Below are positions 1 through 9,760 of a stretch of 27,631 nt of DNA, piece after piece. The notes below the pieces were generated by a model, which saw nothing but the letters and a program-made list of their open reading frames with translations, did no database searches and was not told where the DNA came from. Numbering within the stretch: the first letter of the stretch is position 1; each line of letters opens with the position of its first letter. Origin of the DNA: a virus (Duplodnaviria > Caudoviricetes); the IMG/VR virus record IMGVR_UViG_3300044513_000252, positions 1 through 27,631 of that record; one strand, given 5' to 3'. The translations under genes and the position numbers were made by a program.

Positions 1-2
1 TG

Positions 3-143
3 CTGGTATGTGGGTTCTTGATTGCTATCCAGATGGTCCACACTCATGCACACTATAAAATGGATATTGATGTGGAAAGTTATGTCGCTGCCTTCTGTAA
101 AAAGAACAAGACGACCTGTCAAAGGATAGTCAATCGAGACTGA
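3..143 (+). CDS. 3' end of a hypothetical protein (partial, runs off window start)
   Basis: Open frame from window start, LVCGFLIAIQMVHTHAHYKMDIDVESYVAAFCKKNKTTCQRIVNRD, TGA at 141-143, followed by a terminator-like hairpin. Confidence 0.65.
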   Translation: MVCGFLIAIQMVHTHAHYKMDIDVESYVAAFCKKNKTTCQRIVNRD

Positions 144-160
144 TATATAGTATGCAACTG

Positions 161-191
161 AAGAGACCACCGCCCAGCGGGGTCTCTTTTT
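161..191 (+). terminator. Rho-independent terminator-like hairpin
   Basis: AAGAGACC(161-168)...GGTCTCTT(181-188) stem followed by a T-run. Confidence 0.7.
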
Positions 192-205
192 GTTTGGAGA
201 AACCT

Positions 206-448
206 ATGAACATGTATGTTAACCTGTGTCCTCCATACACAGAGAAAAGTGAAACTTTGACTCTGGACATTCCACCCGAACAGATGGAAATGTTTATGGA
301 GTATGTACACATTCTTGCCGAGGAGAAGAACATTTCTGCTCGACGCGCTTTTACCGACATGGTAAGATACACTTATGAACACTTAATGGGCAAAGATTAT
401 GACCGTAAAAATCGTAAGACTAATCAACGGCGAGGACGTAATCGCTGA
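206..448 (+). CDS. hypothetical protein
   Basis: ORF 152..448; start moved to ATG 206 because GGAGA (196-200) precedes it and the upstream part overlaps the hairpin. Confidence 0.7.
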   Translation: MNMYVNLCPPYTEKSETLTLDIPPEQMEMFMEYVHILAEEKNISARRAFTDMVRYTYEHLMGKDYDRKNRKTNQRRGRNR

Positions 449-836
449 CGTTAAGGAAGTCCACAAAGATAAGGAGACCCCTGGTGCGGTTGCCTATGTC
501 TTTGAACGCCCTTACACTGTTCAGATCATTGAGAACTCCACCGAGATGTTGTTTGAGTCTCCTGTTGCTGATAGTCAACCCAAGAAGATCAACGACCTGG
601 ACCTCAAGTTCTATCCTTATGTTCCTCTATCGGTAAGGAACAGTGTGGTATGTTCAGTTCCCAATGTGGTCTTGATTTATGATCCACACCCCAAGGTGAT
701 GGACAAATACCGTGAACTTATTACTGCCATAGAGAACGACAATGAACGAAACTTTGAAGTTGATTATTCTCACCAACCACCTGTATCTGGTGGGGAAGGT
801 GACGGAACTGGAGGAGGAACCGAATCTGTTGATTGA
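399..836 (+). CDS. conserved cyanophage hypothetical protein (Sm-like N-terminus, typical upstream of gp43)
   Basis: 145 aa ORF starting MTVKIVRLINGEDVIADV, a pattern typical of small T4-like cyanophage proteins. Confidence 0.8.
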   Translation: MTVKIVRLINGEDVIADVKEVHKDKETPGAVAYVFERPYTVQIIENSTEMLFESPVADSQPKKINDLDLKFYPYVPLSVRNSVVCSVPNVVLIYDPHPKVMDKYRELITAIENDNERNFEVDYSHQPPVSGGEGDGTGGGTESVD

Positions 837-996
837 AGACGTGTATCAGGTGGGTGCTGACGGATCGTTACAACTTTATCCAATGCACACCGATCAGCGG
901 TACCTCTTCTTGACAAGCGAGCACGTTTTCTCTATAGTGGATCCGTCCACTGCTGTGGTCAAAAAGTACCAAGAGAAGTCAACTACTACTGAATGA
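742..996 (+). CDS. hypothetical protein
   Basis: 84 aa ORF whose stop overlaps the gp43 start (ATGA coupling at 993-996). Confidence 0.75.
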   Translation: MNETLKLIILTNHLYLVGKVTELEEEPNLLIEDVYQVGADGSLQLYPMHTDQRYLFLTSEHVFSIVDPSTAVVKKYQEKSTTTE

Positions 997-3497
997 AGTT
1001 CTATACAAACGTTTTGCTGCTGGGTGACAACATCCTTTACCGTGGGTACGAGGGTAAGGAACCTGTGCAGTTCCGTGAGCGGATTCGCCCAACGCTATTT
1101 CTGGTGCCATCTGATCAACGCAAGGAGTCGAAGTTTCGTACACTAGATGGGCGCTATGCCCATCCAAAACGTTTTGACGGTGCCCGTGAGGCACGAGAGT
1201 TCATCGAGCAGTATACAAACGTCGATGGTCTTGAGGTTCACGGGTACGAGCGGTTCGTTTATCAATGGATCGCAGAGAACAACCCTGCCGAGATTGAGTT
1301 TGACATGTCCGCGATGAAGATCTACACGATCGACATTGAGGTTGCGTGTGAAAACGGTTTCCCTGATGTGCGTGCATGTCAAGAGGAAATGCTGTGTATC
1401 ACCATCAAGGATGTTACCAGCAAGAAAACAATCACCTGGGGTACCAGAGAGTTCTCTTCTCAGGATACTGAGTATCGCGTCTTCTGGACCGAACAGGAGA
1501 TGTTGACGGACTTCCACAAGTGGTGGACAACCAATACGCCTGACGTGATTACGGGTTGGAACTGCAACCTGTACGACATCCCGTATATCTGCCGTCGTAT
1601 TGAGCGTGTTCTTGGTGAGAAGTGGATGAAATCCCTCTCACCTTGGAACAAGGTAGACATGCGTGAAGTTGTTATCAAGGGTCGTACTAACCTTGCCTAC
1701 GAGGTTGCAGGTGTTACGATCCTTGATTACTTGGATCTGTATCAGAAGTTCACTTACACCAACCAAGAATCATATCGTCTCGATCACATTGCTTCGGTTG
1801 AACTTGGTCAAAACAAACTGGATCACTCTCAGTTTGAAAACTTCAAGGACTTCTACACATCCGACTGGCAACGCTTTGTCGAATACAACATTCAGGACGT
1901 TAACCTCGTTGACCGTCTTGAAGACAAGATGCGTCTGCTGGAACTTGCTCTCACGCTTGCCTATGACGCCAAAGTGAATCTCAGCGATGTGTACTCTCAG
2001 GTACGCATGTGGGATACTCTTATCTACAATGACCTATCCAAGCGGGGCATTGTTGTTCCTCCTAAAACTACCTCACAAAAAGATGAAAAGTATGCTGGTG
2101 CGTATGTCAAGGAACCTGTACCAGGGGTTTACGACTGGGTGGTCTCTTTTGACCTCAACTCCCTATACCCTCACCTCATTATGCAGTACAACATCTCGCC
2201 AGAAACCCTGGTGGACGAGAGGTACCCAGGAGTTTCGGTTGACAAACTACTCAACAAAGAGGTAACTGCTAATCCAGAGTATTGTCTCTGTGCAAATGGT
2301 GCACAGTATCGCAAAGACATCCACGGGTTCTTGCCCGAAATCATGCAACGTATCTACGATGAACGAAAGATTTACAAGAAGCGGATGCTGGGAGCGAAGC
2401 AAAGTCTTGAACATGCCAAGACACCTGCAGAGACCTTGGCACTACAAAAGGATGTGTCCCGATTCAACAACATCCAAATGGCAAGAAAGATCCAACTCAA
2501 CTCTGCCTATGGTGCCATCGGTAACCAATACTTCCGCTACTACAACCTGGCAAATGCTGAGGCGATTACTCTCTCTGGTCAAGTCTCGATTCGCTGGATA
2601 GAAAACAAGATGAATGAGTACCTAAATAGGGTGCTCAAAACGAATGGCGTGGACTATGTTATTGCGTCTGATACCGATTCTATCTATTTACATCTTGGTC
2701 CACTTGTTGCTCATATATTTGCTGAGCGAGTTTGTGATAAAGGGCAGGTCGTTGACTTTATCGATAAAGCTTGCCAAGGTAAGATTGAGGAGTACATCGA
2801 AGCGTCTTATCGGGAACTGGCAACGCTGGCGAATGCGTATGATCAGAAGATGCAAATGAAGCGTGAGACTATCGCTGACAAAGGCATTTGGACTGCCAAG
2901 AAGCGATACATTCTCAACGCATGGGACATTGAAGGTGTTCGTTATGAGCACCCCAAACTAAAGATCATGGGTATTGAAGCGGTCAAGTCTTCTACTCCTG
3001 GTCCTTGTCGTGTCATGATTAAGGACGCACTTAAGATCATGATGAGTGGCGACGAAGATGAACTGCAGGCATTCGTATCGAAGTTCCGCAGTGAGTTTGA
3101 ACGTATGCCTGTGGAAAACATTGCATTCCCTCGTGGTTGCAACAACATTTCCAAGAACAGTTCGCCACATTCCATCTATGGCAAGTCCTGTCCCATCCAC
3201 GTACGTGGTGCACTGCTTTACAACCACTACGTCAAGAAACACAAACTGACTCACAAGTATCCCCTGATTCAGGAAGGGGAAAAGGTCAAGTTTATCTTCC
3301 TCAAGAAACCGAACAAGATCAATGAGAACGTCATCTCGTTCTTCCAGACCTTGCCGAAGGAGTTCGGACTTGACAAACAGATCGACTATGACCTACAGTT
3401 TGAAAAGAGTTTCCTCGACCCTCTCAAGGTCATCCTTGACACTATGGGGTGGTCGCCTGAACCCCAAGCAACCCTCGACTTTCTATTTGGAGAATAA
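993..3497 (+). CDS. gp43: family B DNA polymerase (T4 gp43)
   Basis: Exo I DIEV; polymerase motifs SFDLNSLYP, KIQLNSAYG and SDTDS; C-terminal clamp-binding LDFLF. Confidence 0.99.
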   Translation: MKFYTNVLLLGDNILYRGYEGKEPVQFRERIRPTLFLVPSDQRKESKFRTLDGRYAHPKRFDGAREAREFIEQYTNVDGLEVHGYERFVYQWIAENNPAEIEFDMSAMKIYTIDIEVACENGFPDVRACQEEMLCITIKDVTSKKTITWGTREFSSQDTEYRVFWTEQEMLTDFHKWWTTNTPDVITGWNCNLYDIPYICRRIERVLGEKWMKSLSPWNKVDMREVVIKGRTNLAYEVAGVTILDYLDLYQKFTYTNQESYRLDHIASVELGQNKLDHSQFENFKDFYTSDWQRFVEYNIQDVNLVDRLEDKMRLLELALTLAYDAKVNLSDVYSQVRMWDTLIYNDLSKRGIVVPPKTTSQKDEKYAGAYVKEPVPGVYDWVVSFDLNSLYPHLIMQYNISPETLVDERYPGVSVDKLLNKEVTANPEYCLCANGAQYRKDIHGFLPEIMQRIYDERKIYKKRMLGAKQSLEHAKTPAETLALQKDVSRFNNIQMARKIQLNSAYGAIGNQYFRYYNLANAEAITLSGQVSIRWIENKMNEYLNRVLKTNGVDYVIASDTDSIYLHLGPLVAHIFAERVCDKGQVVDFIDKACQGKIEEYIEASYRELATLANAYDQKMQMKRETIADKGIWTAKKRYILNAWDIEGVRYEHPKLKIMGIEAVKSSTPGPCRVMIKDALKIMMSGDEDELQAFVSKFRSEFERMPVENIAFPRGCNNISKNSSPHSIYGKSCPIHVRGALLYNHYVKKHKLTHKYPLIQEGEKVKFIFLKKPNKINENVISFFQTLPKEFGLDKQIDYDLQFEKSFLDPLKVILDTMGWSPEPQATLDFLFGE

Positions 3498-3503
3498 ATA
3501 CCC

Positions 3504-4517
3504 ATGTCATTTCTGACAGATGTTGTCAAAGACCTAGAAAATGAGTACGCCTCAGTTGTTGCTGATGGTATTGCTGCAGGTGATGTCAATAACTTTGTTG
3601 ACACTGGCAGCTATATGTTTAACGCCCTCCTTAGTGGTTCGATTTATGGAGGTTTGCCTTCAAACAAGATCACCGCTCTTGCAGGAGAAAGCAGCACTGG
3701 AAAAACTTTCTTTGCTCTTAGTATCGTTCGTCATTTCCTTGATACTGATCCAGATGCAGGTGTCATTTATTTTGAGAGTGAGTCCGCCATTTCTAAATCG
3801 ATGATTGAGGATCGGAACATCGATTCCAAACGTATGATCATCGTCCCTGTAACCACGGTTCAGGAGTTCCGTACCCAATCTCTGAAGGTGGTTGACAAAT
3901 ATCTGCAGCAGAAGGCAGAGGATCGCAAACCTCTCATGTTTGTGCTAGACTCCCTTGGTATGCTTTCCACCACCAAGGAGGTTGAGGATGCTGAGGCAGG
4001 TAAAGAGACCCGTGACATGACCCGTGCACAGGTTACTAAGTCCATCTTCCGTGTGCTGACCCTTAAGTTGGGTAAAGCAAACATCCCCATGCTGGTTACC
4101 AACCATACATATGATGTGGTGGGTGCCTATGTTCCTACCAAAGAGATGGGTGGTGGTAGTGGTCTGAAGTATGCTGCTTCTACTATCATCTTCCTCTCCA
4201 AATCCAAGGAAAAGGATGGCAAGGAAGTTGTCGGTAATATCATTAAGTGTCGAGCACAAAAATCACGTCTAACAAAGGAGAACTCACTTGTTGAAACTCG
4301 CCTCTACTATGACGAACGCGGACTGGATAAGTATTATGGACTACTGGAGTTGGGTGAGAAGCACGGAGTATTCGAGCGGCGCGGGAATCGGATTGTTGTT
4401 GGTGAATCTTCCGTTTATCCTTCTGTTATTCTTGCCGATCCTGAGAAGTATTTCACGCCCGAAGTAATGCAAGCACTTGATGAGTGTGCATCTAAGGAGT
4501 ATGGGTATGGATCTTAA
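3504..4517 (+). CDS. uvsX: UvsX RecA-like recombinase
   Basis: Walker [28 protein letters not shown]; position after gp43. Confidence 0.97.
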   Translation: MSFLTDVVKDLENEYASVVADGIAAGDVNNFVDTGSYMFNALLSGSIYGGLPSNKITALAGESSTGKTFFALSIVRHFLDTDPDAGVIYFESESAISKSMIEDRNIDSKRMIIVPVTTVQEFRTQSLKVVDKYLQQKAEDRKPLMFVLDSLGMLSTTKEVEDAEAGKETRDMTRAQVTKSIFRVLTLKLGKANIPMLVTNHTYDVVGAYVPTKEMGGGSGLKYAASTIIFLSKSKEKDGKEVVGNIIKCRAQKSRLTKENSLVETRLYYDERGLDKYYGLLELGEKHGVFERRGNRIVVGESSVYPSVILADPEKYFTPEVMQALDECASKEYGYGS

Positions 4518-5076
4518 GGATTATATCCGTGTTTATGACAACGCTCTTAATCCCAATGTCTGCCGCAACATCATTCGTCTCTACAAGGAGCGTGAAGGAC
4601 TAGCAGAGTATTGGGATAACGAAGGGCGACCGTCTTTCAGCATGGTGAACATCACCAAAGAGGCAGAGGAGACCAAGGACATCGAGTGGTCCAAGATTCA
4701 CAACGAGTTGATCATGTCGATTCGCAGTGTTTCAGAACAATACATGAACGATGTAGACTGTAGACAGCACTGGCCTCCTAAGAATACACTGGAACAGGTT
4801 AGACTCAAACACTACTCTGCTAACGACCATGACCGATTCGACTATCATGTGGATGTGGGTGATCATGACTCTGCTCGTAGATTCCTTGTGCTATTCTTCT
4901 ATCTCAATACCGTTGAGGAAGGTGGTGAAACGTATTTTCCAGATCTAGATCACAAGATCAAACCAACTGAGGGTTCTGCATTGGTCTTCCCACCCCTGTG
5001 GATGTTCCCCCATGCTGGTCTCAAACCAGTGAGCAACGACAAGTACATTATTGGCACTTACCTACATTACATCTGA
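4507..5076 (+). CDS. 2OG-Fe(II) oxygenase (prolyl-4-hydroxylase-like)
   Basis: [29 protein letters not shown]; AAGGAG at 4494-4499 supports start 4507. Confidence 0.9.
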   Translation: MDLKDYIRVYDNALNPNVCRNIIRLYKEREGLAEYWDNEGRPSFSMVNITKEAEETKDIEWSKIHNELIMSIRSVSEQYMNDVDCRQHWPPKNTLEQVRLKHYSANDHDRFDYHVDVGDHDSARRFLVLFFYLNTVEEGGETYFPDLDHKIKPTEGSALVFPPLWMFPHAGLKPVSNDKYIIGTYLHYI

Positions 5077-6443
5077 TGAAGATTGAGACCATTATTCTGA
5101 GTAAACTCATCCTTGATGATGTGTACTGCCGAAAGGTGCTGCCATTTATCAAGGATGAATATTTTGAGGAGCACACACTCCGAGTCATCTTCGATGAGAT
5201 CCGAGAGTACATTGATAAATACTCTGGTCTGCCCGAACCCTCTGCCATTCAGATTGAGGTAGAGGATAGGAAGGACGTTTCTGAGCAATCATTCCAAGAG
5301 ATCTGCTCGTTCTTAAATGACCTTGATACTGATCAGTACAACGCTGATTGGTTGTTGGATACCACTGAGAAGTGGTGCAAAGAACGTGCCATTTACCTGG
5401 CACTCATGGAGTCCATCAAGATTGCTGATGGGCAGGATAAGACACGCACTAAGGATGCTATCCCATCGATCATGTCGGATGCCCTTGGTGTTTGTTTTGA
5501 TGAGCATGTTGGACACGATTACTTACTAGACGCCGCTGCACGCTATGATTACTACCACCGCAAGGAAGAGAAGATTCCCTTCGACCTTGAGTATTTCAAC
5601 AAGATTACCAAAGGTGGTCTCCCTAATAAGACTCTCAACATCGCTCTTGCTGGCACGGGCGTCGGGAAGTCTTTATTCATGTGCCACATGGCTAGTGCCT
5701 GCCTCCTGCAGGGGTTCAACGTACTCTACATTACACTTGAAATGGCAGAGGAGAAGATTGCTGAACGAGTTGACGCCAACCTCCTGGACGTTAACATCCA
5801 AACGCTGAGCGATCCTCTCTTCACTAAGCAGAGGTACCAAACTAAGATCGATGCACTGAACAAAAAGACTCAGGGCAAACTTGTGATCAAGGAGTATCCC
5901 ACTGCATCTGCTCACGTCAACCACTTCAAGGCACTACTTAACGAACTAAGTCTTAAGAAAGGTTTCAAACCCCACATTATCTTTATAGATTATCTTAATA
6001 TTTGTGCTTCCTCTAGGTACAAGGGGACTATCGTTAACTCGTACACCTATGTTAAGTCAATCGCTGAAGAACTCCGTGGTCTTGCTGGTGAGTTCAACGT
6101 TCCTATCGTTAGTGCTACTCAAACTACACGATCTGGTTACGGGAACTCAGACGTTGAGTTGACAGATACCAGTGAGTCGTTTGGTTTGCCTGCTACTGCT
6201 GACCTGATGGTTGCTCTGATCTCCACAGAAGATATGGAGAACATGGGGCAAATCATGGTCAAGCAGTTGAAGAATAGATACAACGATCCCACAGTAAACA
6301 AACGCTTTGTCCTGGGTATTGACAGAGCGAAGATGAGGTTGTATGATTGTGAACAATCTCAACAAAACTTGGTCGATTCTGGTCAAGATGAGATCATTGA
6401 ACTGCCCACTCGTAACAAATCTTTCGCTGAACTAAAAGTATGA
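5076..6443 (+). CDS. gp41: replicative DnaB-like helicase (T4 gp41)
   Basis: Walker A AGTGVGKS, TLEMAE, FIDYLN, SATQTTR, SESFG, KNRY; TGATG coupling at 5074-5078. Confidence 0.97.
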   Translation: MKIETIILSKLILDDVYCRKVLPFIKDEYFEEHTLRVIFDEIREYIDKYSGLPEPSAIQIEVEDRKDVSEQSFQEICSFLNDLDTDQYNADWLLDTTEKWCKERAIYLALMESIKIADGQDKTRTKDAIPSIMSDALGVCFDEHVGHDYLLDAAARYDYYHRKEEKIPFDLEYFNKITKGGLPNKTLNIALAGTGVGKSLFMCHMASACLLQGFNVLYITLEMAEEKIAERVDANLLDVNIQTLSDPLFTKQRYQTKIDALNKKTQGKLVIKEYPTASAHVNHFKALLNELSLKKGFKPHIIFIDYLNICASSRYKGTIVNSYTYVKSIAEELRGLAGEFNVPIVSATQTTRSGYGNSDVELTDTSESFGLPATADLMVALISTEDMENMGQIMVKQLKNRYNDPTVNKRFVLGIDRAKMRLYDCEQSQQNLVDSGQDEIIELPTRNKSFAELKV

Positions 6444-7099
6444 GCAACAACTTTATTAACGAAGACGGAATGGATTCTGCATCGTCTGCTGCTAAAGCGG
6501 CGGAAGAGTTGAACTCCAAAACCAAAGACCGAGTGGAAGATCTGCAGCAAACTGCAGAGAATATCGCTGAAACTACATGGAAATCTGCTGAGGACGTTGC
6601 TAATGATCCCAAGGTCAATGCGTTTCAAACGAAACAGAAAATCAAAGAGCGTACTGCTGCCTCTCGTAGTAACCAAGGGAATCAACCTGAGAAGATCGAG
6701 ATGGATCTCGACAAGTACATCGACTTCGTTGACCAGACAACCTCCCGTGCTTCGCAAACTACAGAGGATTACAAGGAACGTATTGAAGAGTTGGTCGCTG
6801 CTGGTTGTAACCTTGCCCGACTTGATACGGCTGCAAGTGGTCTTGTTGCTGAGTCAGGTGAGTTCATGGAGATCGTCAAGAAGATCAAGTTCCAAGGCAA
6901 ACCGTACGACGATGCAAACAAAGAACACCTTCAGAAAGAACTAGGTGACATCATGTGGTACGTTGCTCAGGCATGTATCGCTCTCGACGTTCGTCTTGAT
7001 GAGGTTATCTACCTGAATACTCTCAAACTTGCTGCTCGCTATCCGACTGGTGAGTTCACTGTTGAGCACTCTGAGCACCGTAAGAAAGGTGACATTTGA
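6440..7099 (+). CDS. mazG: MazG-like NTP pyrophosphohydrolase with N-terminal extension
   Basis: ESGEFMEIVKK...KELGDIMWY...KLAARYP; usual position after gp41. Confidence 0.92.
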   Translation: MSNNFINEDGMDSASSAAKAAEELNSKTKDRVEDLQQTAENIAETTWKSAEDVANDPKVNAFQTKQKIKERTAASRSNQGNQPEKIEMDLDKYIDFVDQTTSRASQTTEDYKERIEELVAAGCNLARLDTAASGLVAESGEFMEIVKKIKFQGKPYDDANKEHLQKELGDIMWYVAQACIALDVRLDEVIYLNTLKLAARYPTGEFTVEHSEHRKKGDI

Positions 7100-7108
7100 T
7101 CCTGAATA

Positions 7109-7115
7109 ATAAATA
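7109..7115 (+). promoter_or_regulatory. T4-type late promoter (ATAAATA)
   Basis: Matches the TATAAATA late consensus; intergenic, ahead of the 7140 block. Confidence 0.65.
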
Positions 7116-7138
7116 GGAGGGTAATGCCCTCCTTTTTT
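7115..7138 (+). terminator. Rho-independent terminator
   Basis: AGGAGGG-taatg-CCCTCCT followed by TTTTT. Confidence 0.75.
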
Positions 7139-7139
7139 A

Positions 7140-8567
7140 ATGGCAAAGTATCTTTTCGTACCAAAAGAAGCGGAGGAAATCTCAACCCTTGGTGAAGCAA
7201 ACAAGTCTCCCAACACAGAGGATGTTGTGACTTGTTTTAACTACATCAAAAGGATGCTTGCTGCTGCTCCGCAGTTGCCATATGCTCAGGAACCAATCAA
7301 TATCTCTGTCGATACTGGTAGAATGATGTTTAAGATTGCTCCTAACGTAGGGCAGTTCTTGGGGTTCACACAGGAGAAGGGTGAGAATACAATCCTTAGA
7401 GCAGTCTTAGAGCACCACCCAGATCTATCTGACTACAGACAGATCATTAGTATTGGGAGAGGTACGCGATCTAAAGCACAGACAGTTGCGGTTAGTTTCA
7501 AACCACAAGACTTTGCAAACCTCGCAAGTGATACGAAGGAGTACACGAAGAGGCAGTTCATTGATCAGGTGAAGACTTCTATTGAAGCAAGAGATGATTA
7601 CTCTCTTCCACTTAAGGCATACCTGAAATGTTTGGCAGAATACTTTGAGGGTAACTGTCCCGCTACTGAGGTGCGTGAGGTATACCAGACAGCGAAACCT
7701 TACATCCCCAAGCATGACAATATGGTTGTGGACTTTGGTGAGATCTTGGCACCGATGTGCTTCCTACATGATCCAATGTCCAAGAGAGTACCATATCTCT
7801 ATAACAATCCCAAGATTATTCTTCCAGCCAGAGGTAACGAACCACTGGTAGACTTCTATCTCATCGAAGATCCCCACGGTAAGGTTGGATTTAGTGTCAA
7901 AGCATTGAAATCTGCTGCCACTAACACTATCAAACCTGGACCTTTCATGGATGTCATTGAAGCATATGGCACCAGAGGTAAGTATGAGATCACACTTACT
8001 ACAAGACCAGAGAAGGCAGCATATAACCTATATAAAACTCTTGCATTTGCACCTACAGGGTACAAAGCAATGATCGGTGCAGCGATGAAGTTGGCTGCTG
8101 ATGATCCCTCCTTCGGTCGTCAGTACATGCCTTCCATCTCCAGCCCTGGTCAGATCTCTGGACTGGCGTTCAGGGCACAGGGAACGGTCAAGACGACCCT
8201 GACACAGGCATTTGGGACAGGGGTGGTCCAGTCACAACTCCGCACACTCATCTCCACATACTGTGCAGGGCGTAGTAGACTAGCACAGTACGCAGGACAG
8301 ACAGACTACACCCTTCAGAACCTCGCCTATGTGTGTGAACAGATCATTATTGAAGCAAACAAGGAGGGAATGCTCAACTTCACCAAGATGTTCCGCGAGT
8401 ATGTCCTTAAGAAAGTTGTGTATGTGAAGATGGATATCAATGCAACCAGCGGCATCCCCACTTGTCATGTGATGACCTACCACAGTATTGACCCCAACCA
8501 GACTGTCGAACTACGTTCTAAGAACTCGTTCAACGGTTTCCAAGACATGATCGGAATGCAACCCTAA
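7140..8567 (+). CDS. hypothetical protein, putative PD-(D/E)xK-fold nuclease
   Basis: 475 aa ORF with DFGEIL (E201), GNEPLVD (D238) and FSVK (S252-x-K254); the CDS is secure, the function is tentative. Confidence 0.6.
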   Translation: MAKYLFVPKEAEEISTLGEANKSPNTEDVVTCFNYIKRMLAAAPQLPYAQEPINISVDTGRMMFKIAPNVGQFLGFTQEKGENTILRAVLEHHPDLSDYRQIISIGRGTRSKAQTVAVSFKPQDFANLASDTKEYTKRQFIDQVKTSIEARDDYSLPLKAYLKCLAEYFEGNCPATEVREVYQTAKPYIPKHDNMVVDFGEILAPMCFLHDPMSKRVPYLYNNPKIILPARGNEPLVDFYLIEDPHGKVGFSVKALKSAATNTIKPGPFMDVIEAYGTRGKYEITLTTRPEKAAYNLYKTLAFAPTGYKAMIGAAMKLAADDPSFGRQYMPSISSPGQISGLAFRAQGTVKTTLTQAFGTGVVQSQLRTLISTYCAGRSRLAQYAGQTDYTLQNLAYVCEQIIIEANKEGMLNFTKMFREYVLKKVVYVKMDINATSGIPTCHVMTYHSIDPNQTVELRSKNSFNGFQDMIGMQP

Positions 8568-9760
8568 TGGCAAAGAACACTCACCTAGAACACCTCGAAG
8601 ACGACATCTTTAATAACGGTTATGCAGGAGCACAGAATGCTCTGGCATTCTTGAAGTCTTTGCGTGACATGCTTACTGCTGGTAACAGCAACAGCGAGAC
8701 CAAGGTTACTGTTAAGTGGGACGGTGCCCCTGCAATCTTTTGCGGCACAGATCCTCAGACAGGGTTGTTTTTCGTAGGTACCAAGTCTGTCTTCGCTAAG
8801 ACAGAATCCAAAGCATGTTTCTCCGAAGAACAGATCGACTATTACTATGGCGATCATCCCATCAAGGACAAACTGAAGCAGTGCTATCGCCTGCTCAAGA
8901 AGTTGCCTATCAATGGGGTGCTGCAGGGTGACCTGCTGTTCACTTCAACTCCCCCTAAGGTCACCATGGGTGGTAAGAAGTGCTATAAGTTCCGTCCTAA
9001 CACAATCACATACTGTGTAGAGGCAGACACCGCTCTGGGTAAGAAGGTCGGCGCTGCAGACCTGGGCATCGTGTTCCACACTCACTACAAGGGTGCTTCT
9101 CTTCCTGAGATGAACGCTGGTTTCGGTGTGGATGTATCTGGTCTGCAAGGTGTTAAGGAGGTTGCAGTCTTCTCTGCCACGTTTGAGAACATTGGTGGCA
9201 AGGCAAACCTCAGCAAGACCGAGTTGACCAAACTCAACAACAGTATTCGTGTTGCAGAGCGTAACCTGGGTCAAGGTAAGAACTTCCTTAACGCTGTTGG
9301 TGGCGGCACTAAGTCATTTGACTACGCTGCTGTCTTCAAGATCTACTTCAACGACGTTATTCGTCGTGGTGTCATCCCTAGCAATGCACAAGCAATGACC
9401 GTAGGGTTTATGACGTTTCTTGCCACTCGTTATGACAAGGAGATTGCCAAGAAGAAGACTGAAAAGAGTGTCAAAGATTGGGAAAAGAAAAAAGCAGACG
9501 CCATTAAATACCTAAATACTAATAAGAATACCATTTATGCTTCGCTTTCGGGTTTCAAAAATCTTATGACTGCCAAACAGCAGATCATTGAAAGGTTGAA
9601 GAAGATCGAAGGTGTAGGCACCTTTCTTGAGGATGAGAATGGATACCGTGTCACGAGTCCTGAGGGATTCGTAGCCATCAAAGATGGCACTGCCATGAAA
9701 CTTGTCGATAGACTAGAGTTCTCTAGGGCAAACTTTACCGTTGCGAAAGATTGGGGTTAA
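8567..9760 (+). CDS. conserved cyanophage protein with ligase/covalent nucleotidyltransferase motifs
   Basis: TVKWDG (motif I, K50), LQGDLL (III), PEGFV (IV), MKLVDR (V). Confidence 0.7.
   Translation: MAKNTHLEHLEDDIFNNGYAGAQNALAFLKSLRDMLTAGNSNSETKVTVKWDGAPAIFCGTDPQTGLFFVGTKSVFAKTESKACFSEEQIDYYYGDHPIKDKLKQCYRLLKKLPINGVLQGDLLFTSTPPKVTMGGKKCYKFRPNTITYCVEADTALGKKVGAADLGIVFHTHYKGASLPEMNAGFGVDVSGLQGVKEVAVFSATFENIGGKANLSKTELTKLNNSIRVAERNLGQGKNFLNAVGGGTKSFDYAAVFKIYFNDVIRRGVIPSNAQAMTVGFMTFLATRYDKEIAKKKTEKSVKDWEKKKADAIKYLNTNKNTIYASLSGFKNLMTAKQQIIERLKKIEGVGTFLEDENGYRVTSPEGFVAIKDGTAMKLVDRLEFSRANFTVAKDWG

Noticed and set aside
3494-3500. ATAAATA before uvsX as a late promoter
   Set aside because: It lies only 3 nt before the ATG and overlaps the gp43 stop, so a transcript would probably start inside the gene.
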